Notes under the pieces: generated by a model | The model's database searches: none | Seen by the model: only the letters and a program-made list of their open reading frames with translations | What the model was told of the DNA's origin: nothing | Program-made: the position numbers and the translations under genes | Assembly (NCBI RefSeq): GCF_001194135.2 | Contig: NC_068995.1 | Span: 57,316,528 to 57,356,499, forward strand | Direction: 5' to 3' | From: Octopus bimaculoides | Lineage: Eukaryota | Length of the DNA stretch: 39,972 bases | Part shown: piece after piece, positions 25,171-35,621 of the stretch | How the letters are laid out: each line of letters opens with the position of its first letter | Numbering within the stretch: the first letter of the stretch is position 1

Positions 25171-26015
25171 GCTAGGATATAAGGCACAGCAGAAATCTCT
25201 AGTTTCTAAGTTCAAAATCTCATCTTAGTTGATGGGTTTTTTTTTCTGTTTTTCTTTCTTCACTCTCGTGCCAATCTCAAAAAACATTGATACCAGTTAT
25301 ATAATGTGGATTAAAGTCAATTCTGTTGACTATTCCATCTTTCACTTGCAAATGTGGTCCTCTTTTACCCTCAACTAAGAAGAAACCAATTATTACAAGA
25401 GAAACTATGATGGTGTGAATTACTTGTGCTGTTCAATTTCTCTTCTATAAATTCAGATCCCACTGGAACCGACTCCGGATTGATGGAATAATAACTTTGA
25501 GTAATAAAATAGGATCCGACTACATTGCATCTCTCTCTCTCTCTCTCTCTCTCCCTCCACTTAAATAAAATTAGCATTGTGCTTAGTCCAAAAGAAATTA
25601 TTATTATTATTGTATTAATATAATATGGTTACATTCAGGTCTGTTCTGTTTCATCCGAAACAGCAGAACAGCTTCGGTTCCCCCCCCCCTCCCAGATGAA
25701 ATATATTCTTTTAGCTAATCTAATAAATTCCACTGCTTTTTACTTCACTGGGAAACAGTTCTGCTGTTAAACACACCAGTATCCTTTGACTTCTCTACTA
25801 TATCTGTGTGTGTGTGTGTGTGCATACATGCATGTATGCGCATGCACACACCCACACCCACATTCCTGTGTTATGGTAGTCACTACATACCAACCATTTC
25901 TGGTGGGATACAGTTTTTATTGTTGCACTGCACAGAGTATATTTGTAATTGTAAAAGACTGTTTAATGTATTGGAATATTTAATATTCTGTATAATAATA
26001 ATAATAATAATAATA

Positions 26016-26192
26016 TTTCTTTCTAATTCTGGCACAAGACCAGGAGAAGTCGATAGTATTGACCCCAGTGCTTAACCAAATACTTATTTTATCGTCCCTG
26101 AAAGTCAAATATAGCAGAATTTGGATTCAGGATGTTAAGAACCGGAAGAAAGGTCTCTGTGTGCTTATGATACTGCCAGCTCGCTGACCTGA
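26016..26192 (-). mobile_element. SINE family A
   Basis: TCTGGCACAAGACCAG...TTGACCCCAGTGCTTAACC...TACTTATTTTATCG.CCCTGAAAG...GAATTTGGATTCAG...TGCCAGCTCGC (head end); (AAT)n at the tail side. Confidence 0.7.
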
Positions 26193-26265
26193 ATACTAAC
26201 AACAACAACAACAACAACGATAATAATAATAATAATAACTAATATTGATAATAATAATCGTAATC

Positions 26266-26458
26266 ATTCTAGTTTTGGCCAACAATTTTGAAGCAAGTGG
26301 AAAGTCAATCTCACTGACCCAGTATTTGTCTGGTACTTCACTTTATCGACCCTGAAAAGGCAAAAGGCAAAGTAGCCCTTAGCAGCATTTGAACTCAGCA
26401 GATAAAGCTCAATAAAATGCCACTGAGCATTCTATTCACTCTGGATTTTACCAGTCTC
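26266..26458 (-). mobile_element. SINE family A, tandem neighbour of the previous copy
   Basis: CTGACCCAGTATTTGTCTGGTACTTCACTTTATCGACCCTGAAAAGGCAAAAGGCAAAGT...ATTTGAACTCAG; (AAC/AAT)n tail at 26199-26260. Confidence 0.7.
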
Positions 26459-26474
26459 TACTGTCATCGTCATT

Positions 26475-26519
<45 letters not shown>

Positions 26520-26947
26520 GCTTGTAGTACCTGTGGAAACTCTGTGGTAAATACAAAATTTTTTAGACGGTTGGAAGTTTATACAGAACCATAAAAAAAT
26601 TGGTGTTTCTTTTGAAATTGTATATTCTGCATTATTTCCCCAATCTCTCAGTAGTTCAGATGTTCATTTATAGATCTAAGAGCTTCACAAATACTTTCAG
26701 AGAATATTCATGTCACCAATGTTGCAACCTTCAACCATACGTTTACAATTTTTTGATGTTCTCTCTCTTTTTCATTTCTAACCGCTTAATAACAATTGCT
26801 CCCCCCCCCTGCCTCATATCATTAACACTTCTCTCTCTGTCTTTTCCTCTCACTCATCCCTTTTCCCTTCAACCAATAACCAAGTGACAGCTTAACACAT
26901 TCGGCTTCAGCGTATTGATTACGTAGATAATAATAACTGTCGATACT

Positions 26948-27112
26948 TCATTAAGTTTGTTTACGTTCCTGCAACTTAGTGTTTCGGCAAAAGAGGCCGA
27001 TAGTAGCAGACTTTAAAGAAATACTGATGGCATTTTTTCGACTGAACTCCTCAAGGCGATGCTCCAGCGTGGCCGCGGTTCAATGACTGAAGCATGTAAA
27101 AGATAAAAGATA
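26948..27112 (+). mobile_element. SINE family B, 3' half
   Basis: GTTTACGTTCCTGCAACTTAGTGTTTCGGCAAAAGAGGCCGATAG...GCTCCAGCGTGGCCGCGGTTCAATGACTGAAGCATGTAAAAGATAAAAGA. Confidence 0.75.
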
Positions 27113-27179
27113 TGGATAACAGACTTTAAAAGGATGGGTTGGATTAACTGAATCGGGAAGACGGGGGCATCTGACAAAA

Positions 27180-27255
27180 TTCCTTGTGATATTTGTTCCT
27201 TGTGATATTTGTTCCTTGTGATATTTGTTCCTTGTGATATTTGTTCCTTGTGATA
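27180..27255 (+). repeat. Perfect 16-bp minisatellite (TTCCTTGTGATATTTG) x ~4.7
   Basis: Read directly from the sequence. Confidence 0.95.
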
Positions 27256-27257
27256 AT

Positions 27258-27347
27258 CCTTTCTACTATAGGCAGGGAACCTGATATTTGTGGGGGGGAG
27301 GGTAGAGAGCGAGTTTATTGCATCATCTCCAGTACCAGAGAGGTACT
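27258..27347 (-). mobile_element. SINE family A, 3' fragment
   Basis: CTTTCTACTATAGGCAGGGAACCTGATATTTGTGGGGGGGAGGG...CCAGTA...GGTACTT resembles the family A tail. Confidence 0.5.
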
Positions 27348-27537
27348 TAACAACAACAACAACAGCAACAATAATCTTCCCTTCTCCAAGCTTTCAGTTG
27401 TATTTCAACATGACTTAATCTTCACTTTCCCTAGGGTGTTGGTGTGTCCCAGTAAATGATTGTATCAAACATGCAGATTAAAAGCAAACAACAGTGATGA
27501 TGATGATGATGATGATAATAACAACATCAACAACAAC

Positions 27538-27573
<36 letters not shown>

Positions 27574-27592
27574 GACAGTAACTATGATAATA

Positions 27593-27678
27593 ATGGTTTC
27601 AAATTTTGCCACAAGGGCAGCAATTTGAGGGGAGGGGATAAGCCAATTACATCAACCCCAACTTTCAACGGGTTCTAA
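27593..27678 (-). mobile_element. SINE family A, 3' fragment with (ATT/GTT/ATC)n tail
   Basis: GGTTTCAAATTTTGCCACAAGGGCAGCAATTTGAGGGGAGGGGATAAGCCAATTACATCAACCCCA is nearly the same as 15070-15135. Confidence 0.7.
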
Positions 27679-30600
27679 TAACAACATCAACAACAATAAT
27701 AACAATAGCAATGATATCCATTTAAAACTTACATAAATCAACAGAAAGAAAAAACACAAAAAAAACCGCTTTATGTGTGTCCAATTTGGTGTTTATGGCA
27801 AGTATCCATTTGTATGCTTAAGGTTGGGGTTTTTTTTGCTCAAAAAGTCTATTTTGTGTCTGCATATCATCAGCATCATCATCATCACACATGGATTAGT
27901 TTTCTCATCACCTTTTTTATATTTGATTGTTTATCAAATTCAGTGAAACCCTCTTTCTAAGAAGGTGAGTTTGTTGGTCGGTTTGAAACAGCATCTTCTG
28001 CTTAAAACTAGGATTTCAAGTTTTCTGTTCATTAACAAAGATATCTTAAGATATCTTTGATCTGCTGATCTCCAAGTCTTCTTAAATAGTCTCTACAAGT
28101 AGCAGTAGTAGTAGTAGTAGTAGTAGTAAGAACATTGTTTTGTTGTTGACATTGAGAAGCCCTTTGCTGTTGTTGTTGCTCATGTTATGTTGTGTTCTTT
28201 TTTTTTTATTATTTTATTAGTTTTGTTTGTTTGGTTTTTTTGATATCTCTGAGTCCTAATTAAATATTGATTTGAATTATTCCAAAGATTGTCAATGCTG
28301 CTTTTTTTTGTATTCATCAGCACACACACACACACACAGATTATAGACATATATATCTAAGCCATTGGTAGCTACTGTACACATGTAGGTTCAAAACACT
28401 ACATGGTGGAGTCTATTTAATGAATGCACACAAACAAACCTCGAATGTAGAAGTAGGCAATGACGACGATGACGATGATGATGATCCACATAAAAGTTGT
28501 TGACCTACTTGACTTGAAGTAGGTCCTTCCTGCTAGTTCTCCTGGATTCCTACATATTCTACAGATCTCTTCAGAATTTTCAGGACCAATTAGGGCTACA
28601 GTATGATATTTTTATTCATGGCATCAGAACAATATTGATACTGCCTGTTAGAAATGGATTAGTTCATCACTTCAGAACTCCTGCATTTCATTGCTAATTC
28701 CACTTCACATTTCACTTTCCATATTCTTCTTAAAAGGCTTTTTTTTTATTATTATTTTGGTTTATTATTTCTAGTTTGTTTTTCTTTTTTTTTTTTTTTA
28801 AGNNNNNNNNNNTTTTTTTTTTTTTTTTTTTAAGAATTCTAACTAGATTCTCCATTCTCCATCATTTATTATTTTTTTTTATAGTTCTCTCTTTTCCAAA
28901 CTTGAATTCCATCCCTTACCCCAATGTCAGTCTTCCTTATATTCAGCTTTCTGTAATTCCTATTTAGTTATTTATTCGTCAAGGTTACGTTAATAATAGT
29001 AAGAGCAGCAGTAGCAGAAGTGGTGACGACGGAATTGCTGTTGCAGTGAAATATCCAGAGGAGACCACTTTTACAAAATATTTGGCTCAGAGTCCAAGTC
29101 TATCTTTACAGAACTGAGATTAAAATACAACTGGAGTTTCTTATCTTGCATCTCTGTTGTTCATAAGGACTCTCTCCCTACAACTGATAACATCCCATCT
29201 CTCTGCTATTGATAATGGACCAGAGATCAAAAATGGTGGTTACCAGTGCTGGGCTGGCAACCATTGTTGGTTTGATTCCTGGACAGGGTGACTTATTCTG
29301 TCTTTGTCCAACCTCATTTTATGTTGCTTCAGTCTTCTCAACTGAACATCCCTTGACTTCCAGTGCAGCCTTCACTCACTCCAGTTGCCATGGATATTCA
29401 ACTTTTTTCATGCAAGACAATTTTTCCTATGGGCTGAGGGATCACATGTTCTTAACAAAACCATTTATTGGTGCATGAAAAAAAAAAATGAAAAACTGAC
29501 TTTGATTAGCAGAAGGAAGAGGCAGAGGCCGCAGAAATGGTAATCCTTCTTCAAGATAAAACATTGTGCAGGCTGTGATAGTTGTAGAATAGAAACAAAG
29601 TTTAAAAACTTATTCTTTCAGTGTGACCTGGTACCAAATGATTCCTGATTCAAGATTAGTCTTTGGCCTTGCTGTTGGGACCCTTGTTCTATGGGGTCCA
29701 GTTTTGGTAGTTATTATGGTCTTCTAATTTCGGAATGTTTTTCGTTTTATTTATTTACTTTTTGTAAAAGACTAAATCAGACAATTTTTCTCCTGGAATG
29801 GTCAGCCAATTGACCATCTGACCATTCCAGTTGTTTCTGAGAAAATGACTGCATGGTTGATCTGGGAGTAACACTGCAGTCTCTACAGCAGTTAATGGAT
29901 CCTCAATGTGGATTTCTGGATTGCAAAAAGCCAAAAACAAAAAAAGTAAATAAAGCAAACAAATTTTTAAAAAAACAAGCCGATAAAATAAAACGAAAAA
30001 ATGTTTCTTATCTGTGTTGCAAGCTTAGTTTTTTTCTCTCTCCTTCCAGATAAGAAATGGAGGATGTAGAATTTATCTTAAGCGAGCAGTGTTCCACTGA
30101 CTACAGCAATGTCGGACGGTTGAAGTCATGTGGGTTTATGTGTGCATGTGGTAGTTGTGGTGGTGGTGGCAAAGTAGTTGTGTTGTGGGGTGGGATCAGA
30201 GGTGAGGGCCAGGCCATCATTTCTATGGTGGAAGTTTTTATTTTTTTTTAATATTTTTGGTCTGGTCATTGGTCAGAATGATGTTTGAATGTTTTTAAAC
30301 ATGGCAATAGATGTTGCATCGTTGCTTGTCTGTAATGGTTGGTGTTGCTAACCAAGTTTTTTTCCTCTTCTCTCTCTCTCTCTCTCCCTATCCCTCTCTC
30401 CCCCCTCCACCACACACTTGTACATCAGTAACAACAACCACTGCTCCAGGCTAAAATGGAAAGTAGCCAAAATTCAGAACGATTGATACCACCACATTCT
30501 TCCTTCTATATTTATTTACTGCTTCTCTTCTAACCAGGCCACTACTACTATTACTACTACTGCTACTGCTACTGCTACTGCTGCTGTTGTTGTTGTTGTT

Positions 30601-30964
30601 GTTGTTATTGCTGCTACTGCTGGTGATATGCATGGTTCCTGAAGTCAACAGGCTATACCTGATCCATAGCAATAGAATGCAGAGATGGACATGTGTATGG
30701 CTCGAGTTGCTTGCCTGTGTCTTAGCATGCTGCAAGTCTGTTAACGACCTGGAGCAAATATGGCCTTTGGTCATCATCTATCCTAAGGAATTCTTATAGA
30801 AGTGCTCTATACATCTCTCTTTATCTCTCTCTCTCTCTCTCTCAAAATACAAATTTCTTTGATTGTGCTTATGCAGCAAAATGAGGAAAATTCTCATATT
30901 TCGGTCAAGTCAAATTACAAGAATAATTTTTGTTTTTCAAACCTTGTCAAGGACACATATTATA

Positions 30965-31125
30965 TAATTTTGGTTTATTATTTATCCTCCTCCTCTGCCT
31001 TCCATGCTGCCATGGAGCAGACAGTTTGTCAAGATCCAGTAAGCCACATATGTGAGTCGGAGGTTCTCGTGTCAGCTTTGGCAAGCTTTCTACGGTCGAG
31101 TGCCCTTCCTAACACCAACTGTTAT
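30965..31125 (-). mobile_element. Retroposon 3' tail fragment (same tail as 15455-15660)
   Basis: CCTTCCATGCTGCCATGGAGCAGACAG... and TTTCTACGGTCGAGTGCCCTTCCTAACACCAAC are the reverse complement of the GTTGGCATTAGGAAGAGCATCCAGCTGTAGAAA motif. Confidence 0.55.
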
Positions 31126-31754
31126 TTCTACCTTTCCACTTACTGCTCATATCTGACATTACTACAGCAAGTGGTAACTGAATCAATCTTTGGCACTTTG
31201 TGCCATGTTCTGTGGCATCTATTATCCCTCAGCAGATGATCTAATATCACTTATAACTAGCATAATGAACTGAACTGAACCACACACACACACAGATATA
31301 TACTTGCTATGCTTGGGGATGGTCATATTTGGCCAATTAAACACATACACTGTATATTTGGTCTTCACTTCAACTTTATTATTATTATCATTTTAGTTTT
31401 TAAACGTCACGTGTACATATATGTATGCGTCTCTGTGTGTCTGAGTGTGTGCACTTGAGTACGCTTTTCAAGTGTGTGTCTATGTGCACATGACTCATTT
31501 CACTGAACTATTGAGAACTGATATCAACTCATCTACGAGGGGAATATCTAATATTTAAAAGGATTTATTTAAATATCTATTGTACATAACGTTTCCATTA
31601 TGGATTTATTATATGCTTATGGCATAAATATCCATTATTTGATCACCAGTTGAAATCTAAAGAAATATTTAAAACAAAGAAAACTATAATATTTCTTATT
31701 ACTTCAACATTGAAGAATAAACATTGAATAATAATCATAATAATAAATAACAAC

Positions 31755-31912
31755 AGCATCGAAAAATACCTTAGGAATGAGAACCCAGGTTCGAAATCTC
31801 CCCAAGACACCTGATGAAGGCTGGAGGATATATCAGCTGAAACGTTGTGTTAACAACAAACAAGATGAGGACAAATATCCGTCGAATGTAAATAATGTAA
31901 ATAATGTACATC
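31755..31912 (+). mobile_element. Short non-autonomous Penelope-like (pLTR-type) repeat carrying the hammerhead
   Basis: AAATACCTTAGGAATGAGAACCCAGGTTCGAAAT...CTGATGAAGG...GAAACGTTGTGTTAACAACAAACAAGATGAGGACAAATATCCGTC...(GTAAATAAT)2. Recalled as an abundant octopus repeat. The PLE assignment is inferred from the hammerhead; no RT or GIY-YIG ORF is visible nearby. Confidence 0.6.
31806..31851 (+). ncRNA. Minimal type I hammerhead ribozyme motif (Penelope-like-element type)
   Basis: Seen: GACAC-CTGATGA-A-GGCTGG(aggatata)TCAGCT-GAAA-CG-TT|GTGTT. Stem I is GACAC/GTGTT and stem II is GGCTGG/TCAGCT with G-U pairs. Both conserved cores are present, stem III is reduced to the palindrome AACGTT, and the predicted cleavage triplet is GUU after 31846. 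Minimal, dimer-dependent hammerheads of this architecture are established in Penelope-like element pLTRs. Confidence 0.75.
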
Positions 31913-32015
31913 ATGTTGTTGCAAAAAAACCCCAGAAAACTTAATGAAAATACAGAACAAAATTCACACTTTCTTTCTCTCTTCCTCCCTCTCTCTCTCT
32001 CTCCACACATGTGTG

Positions 32016-32051
<36 letters not shown>

Positions 32052-32524
32052 GAAGTAACCTCTGACCAGAGACAGACAATGAAATAAATGTCATCTGGTT
32101 TGATATGAACTGACAACCTGGTGAGTTGGAAATCCAATAACTTTATCTACCCTTTCAGCCATTTCACCTTCTATGCTGTTACTATTTATAACAGATAGTT
32201 AGTTAATTAGTTAATTAAGCATTTCACATGCCATTAGCATCTAGACTGGGAGACACTACATAATTTCAGTTTCTATTGTGTCAAGTTAATGTACCACAAA
32301 TCTCTTTTCACCCTCATGCTACCCTCTCTCTCCCTCGTTTCTCGTCTAGCTTTTCTGAAATTTTATAGGCATCATCATCACCATCACCATCATCATAGTC
32401 ATTTTCATAAGGTATCAACGTCATCATAATACTCATAATTGTTTTAGAGGAACTCCTCAATCTGCATTGTGACCTGACCTAACAGAAATAACTGCTAAAC
32501 TTTTTTTAAGTCATACATGCTCTT

Positions 32525-32680
32525 ACAAAAGGAAGGACACGTAAGACAATGTAGTCTAAAATACCATGAATAATAGACTACGCTGTTTAATGTGTCTTTT
32601 GTAGTGATTTGAGAGAGATTTGGCTGCTATTACTTGTCAGTCAAGTCATCCTAAAGATCCCTCAGCTGCCGGGTAATAAT
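32525..32680 (-). repeat. Dispersed repeat family C
   Basis: Minus strand: GATGACTTGACTGACAAGTAATAGCAGCCAAATCTCTCTCAAATCAC... Confidence 0.55.
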
Positions 32681-32869
32681 TCTGTTGGATCAGGACTGAC
32701 CTGTGGCTAAACAAAACCAGTAACAATGAAATAGCCATTTCCTTGAGATCTGAACCCAAGAAGCCATTACAAGCCAGCAATGAAGAATTCTTGTTCAACT
32801 TGGCAGCAGACTATATTCTCAGAACTGATTTCTGCTTTTTATTTTTCTCCTTGTGTGAAATATATAAAT

Positions 32870-32870
<1 letters not shown>

Positions 32871-32950
<80 letters not shown>
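32871..32950. repeat. (CA)40 microsatellite
   Basis: Read directly. Confidence 0.95.
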
Positions 32951-32952
<2 letters not shown>

Positions 32953-33459
32953 CTTATTGATACTTTTCCACTCAACTTTGGGAGTATATTTCTTTCATTG
33001 CTGATCTTTTGTGCATTTGCTCCTTAATCTACTCAGTAACTAGATTTCCTATATATATATATGTGTGTGTATATATGTGTATTTATGTATTTGTTTGAAA
33101 TGTTAGTTAGGAAGATGGTTTCATTTCTGAGGAATAATAATACAAAATATGTTTGATTTCTGACTGGAACTTTCAAACTTTTTATCATTTTCTTTTTGTT
33201 TGTTTCTTGTTTTTTTGGCTCTATCATCCCAGCTTGTCTATTTACTTACCTCTTCAACATCCCTGTTCAAACAACATGCTTGAATGTCTAAGGTCTTGGC
33301 CTATCACTTCGTTGGTCCTGAGTTCAAATGAGCTGCAAGACATTAATTTTTGTTGATCGTTAGATGCAGTACACTAACTGTTTGCATTGCTTCAGTTCGT
33401 CTCAGTGTTAGGAACAAGTCTCACAATACTTGGCGATCCAATTTTCTCTGTCACCTGTT

Positions 33460-33660
33460 CCTAGGAGGGTTGTCAGGGTAGAATCCTCAGGCACCCTGCT
33501 CCACAGGGTCCTATCATTTACCTTCCCAGCTGGATTCCAAAGCATAACTAACCCACACTATGGCTATTATCCAACCATCCTCATTCTTGGTCTACTGCTA
33601 AGTCACCTGCCAGTTGACTTGGCCTGAAGAATCCGTCTTCTGATTCCTTCCTGAGATGTT
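33460..33660 (-). mobile_element. Decayed 3' end of an RTE-clade LINE ORF (Rex3/Expander-like C-terminus)
   Basis: Manual minus-strand translation across stops and frameshifts: SQEGIRRRILQAKSTGR*LSSRPRMR / WLDNSHSVG*LCFGIQ / DRTLWSR / LRILP*QPS. This follows the RTE C-terminal pattern (..QA.PTGRRPRGRPRTRW.DY...LAW.RLGI...DREVW..LL.LLPP.P), compared from memory. Confidence 0.65.
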
Positions 33661-33887
33661 CTAATCACATGTTACTTAAAAATAGATTTAACATCCTAAC
33701 CAGACATTACACGTCTCATTTGCCATTCAGAGTTTAGGAAACTCTTTGATTGGATTTTCAAGACAGTGTAACAACATATGCCACCATGACCATCATCATC
33801 GTCATCATCACATGTCCATGTTCCATGCTGGGGATGGGCTGGACCATGTTTCTGTGAAGCCCAGGCATGAGCACTTTTCCCATATTT

Positions 33888-34035
33888 GAACAACAGACTT
33901 TTGGTTTTTGATGATGTGATTGTCTGTTTTTAGAATAATATTGTAGGGTAAGTGTGATAGGCCGGATTTGGCCAGCCTGGTGATAAAACAGAATATTTTG
34001 ACCGGATATGGCTGGCTGAAATGCGAAAAAGTTAA
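33888..34035 (-). mobile_element. Fragment of a TTAA-terminated MITE-like (piggyBac-type end) repeat
   Basis: The minus strand starts TTAA-CTTTTTCGCATTTCAGCCAGCCATATCCGGTCAAAATATTCTG...GGCCAAATCCGGCC...CTACAATATTATTCTAAAAACAGACAATCACATCATC. This matches my recollection of an abundant octopus TTAA-flanked repeat. The other terminus is not seen. Confidence 0.45.
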
Positions 34036-34129
34036 TGTAATTGTTAGGCTGAATCAGTGTGGCACAGTGTACAGGCGTGCAAACCCCCATTGAATCACAA
34101 GTATAGTTCATTTGACAGTGGTCTATACA

Positions 34130-34260
34130 GTTTCAGCCACGGGGTTTGAGTCAACATAAGGTCATGGTTAAAGAACACATGTCCAAAGATGTCACACTGT
34201 GTGATTGAAGCTCAGAACCTTTTGGCTCCAAGACAAACTTCTAAACCATTTGGCCATCCA
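34130..34260 (-). mobile_element. SINE family B, diverged 5' fragment
   Basis: GAACACATGTCCAAAGATGTCACACTGTGTGATTGAAGCTCAGAACCTTTTGG...AAACTTCTAAACCA...GCCAT. Confidence 0.55.
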
Positions 34261-34472
34261 GAGCCAGTCATACCTGTAACCACTAATAGACGTGTAAACA
34301 TAAACACACACAAACACACACGTAGTCTACTGATGTAATTAAAGAAATGTCTATGTTGTTAGAAAATCATTCAGCAGTAATAATGCATTCATCATTGATC
34401 CTGTGTGTATGTATTTCTGTGTCTATATATACATATATATCTCTCTGTGTGTGTATACATACACACACACAC

Positions 34473-34521
<49 letters not shown>

Positions 34522-35570
34522 GATAGATAGATACACATACACACTCTGCCTCTGTTTGTCTGTCTTTTGTTACCTTTACAGCCTCCATCTCCCCCTCTTC
34601 AGTTTTGTGTTACTAGTGACATTGCAAGCATTTACATTTGATATTTAACATATTGATTTCTGAGGAGATTTGTGTGTGTGTGTGTGTGTGTGTGTGAGTG
34701 AGTGTGTGTGTGTTATTTTAACCTGACATACTTTTTTTCTATTTTTTCTGGGGTTTCTTTTTCCTTTTTTTCTTTTTTCTCCTCTTTTTGATATTCATCC
34801 TGATAATGTCAGTGGAACTGGTCTGTAAATGCCCTGCTACACTGAGTGTGTTTGTATGTGCGTGTGTGTGTGTAAATATATACGTATATGCAAATACATG
34901 TACACACACACACACACACACACACACTCTCTCTTTAATGAAATACCACCACTGCTTTTTTTTTTATCCGGTTCAAGTTTTACTAGTATAGAGAAGTAGA
35001 AACACTGAATCACACATACTTTATGTGTGTGTGTATGCATATATAAGTATATGTGTGTATGTATATATATATATATATATGTGTGTATATTTGTGTATGT
35101 ATAAGTATGTTTGTACATGTATGTAATTTGTGTATGTATGTATGTATGTATACAACTATTGCGTACACATATTCATCTCTCCTCATATCTCGTCTGCAGA
35201 TACATTGGGAAATGGAAAATAAATAAATACACCCCCATCGCCTCCACCCCACCCCATCACACCCATCCCAGCGATGCACATCTTGTTTTTCTAGTGATTA
35301 TTTTGTAAATATAAAGTAAAATAGTCGTATACCACTGCTATAATGTTTGTCGTAATGTCTGTCTGCAGTCGACGTTGTTGTTGTTGTTGTTGTTGTTATC
35401 TTTCTTGTCTTTGCTTTTGTTGTTGTTGTTTGTTTGATTTGCTTATTTTTCTAAGTCTTTTCATTTTCTTTTCCTTTCTTTTGTTTTTGTTGTTTTTCTT
35501 CTTCTCAGTTCAGTCCAAACTGCTTTTGTTAACATGGTACCAATAATTATATTGGTTTGTTCAGGCAGTT

Positions 35571-35572
<2 letters not shown>

Positions 35573-35620
<48 letters not shown>
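35573..35620. repeat. (CT)n microsatellite
   Basis: Read directly; similar (CT)n tracts occur at about 1415-1455 and 36386-36441. Confidence 0.95.

Positions 35621-35621
<1 letters not shown>

Noticed and set aside
28410-28610. Minus-strand frame EEICRICRNPGE plus a hydrophobic stretch, reminiscent of RING-CH/MARCH6
   Set aside because: Only the first CxxC is present, the remaining RING ligands are absent, and the hydrophobic run comes from an (ATC/GTC)n repeat.
31771-32094. 107-aa ORF ending IFVLILFVVNTTFQLIYPPAFIRCLGEISNLGSHS
   Set aside because: It is the antisense translation of the hammerhead-bearing repeat joined to microsatellites.
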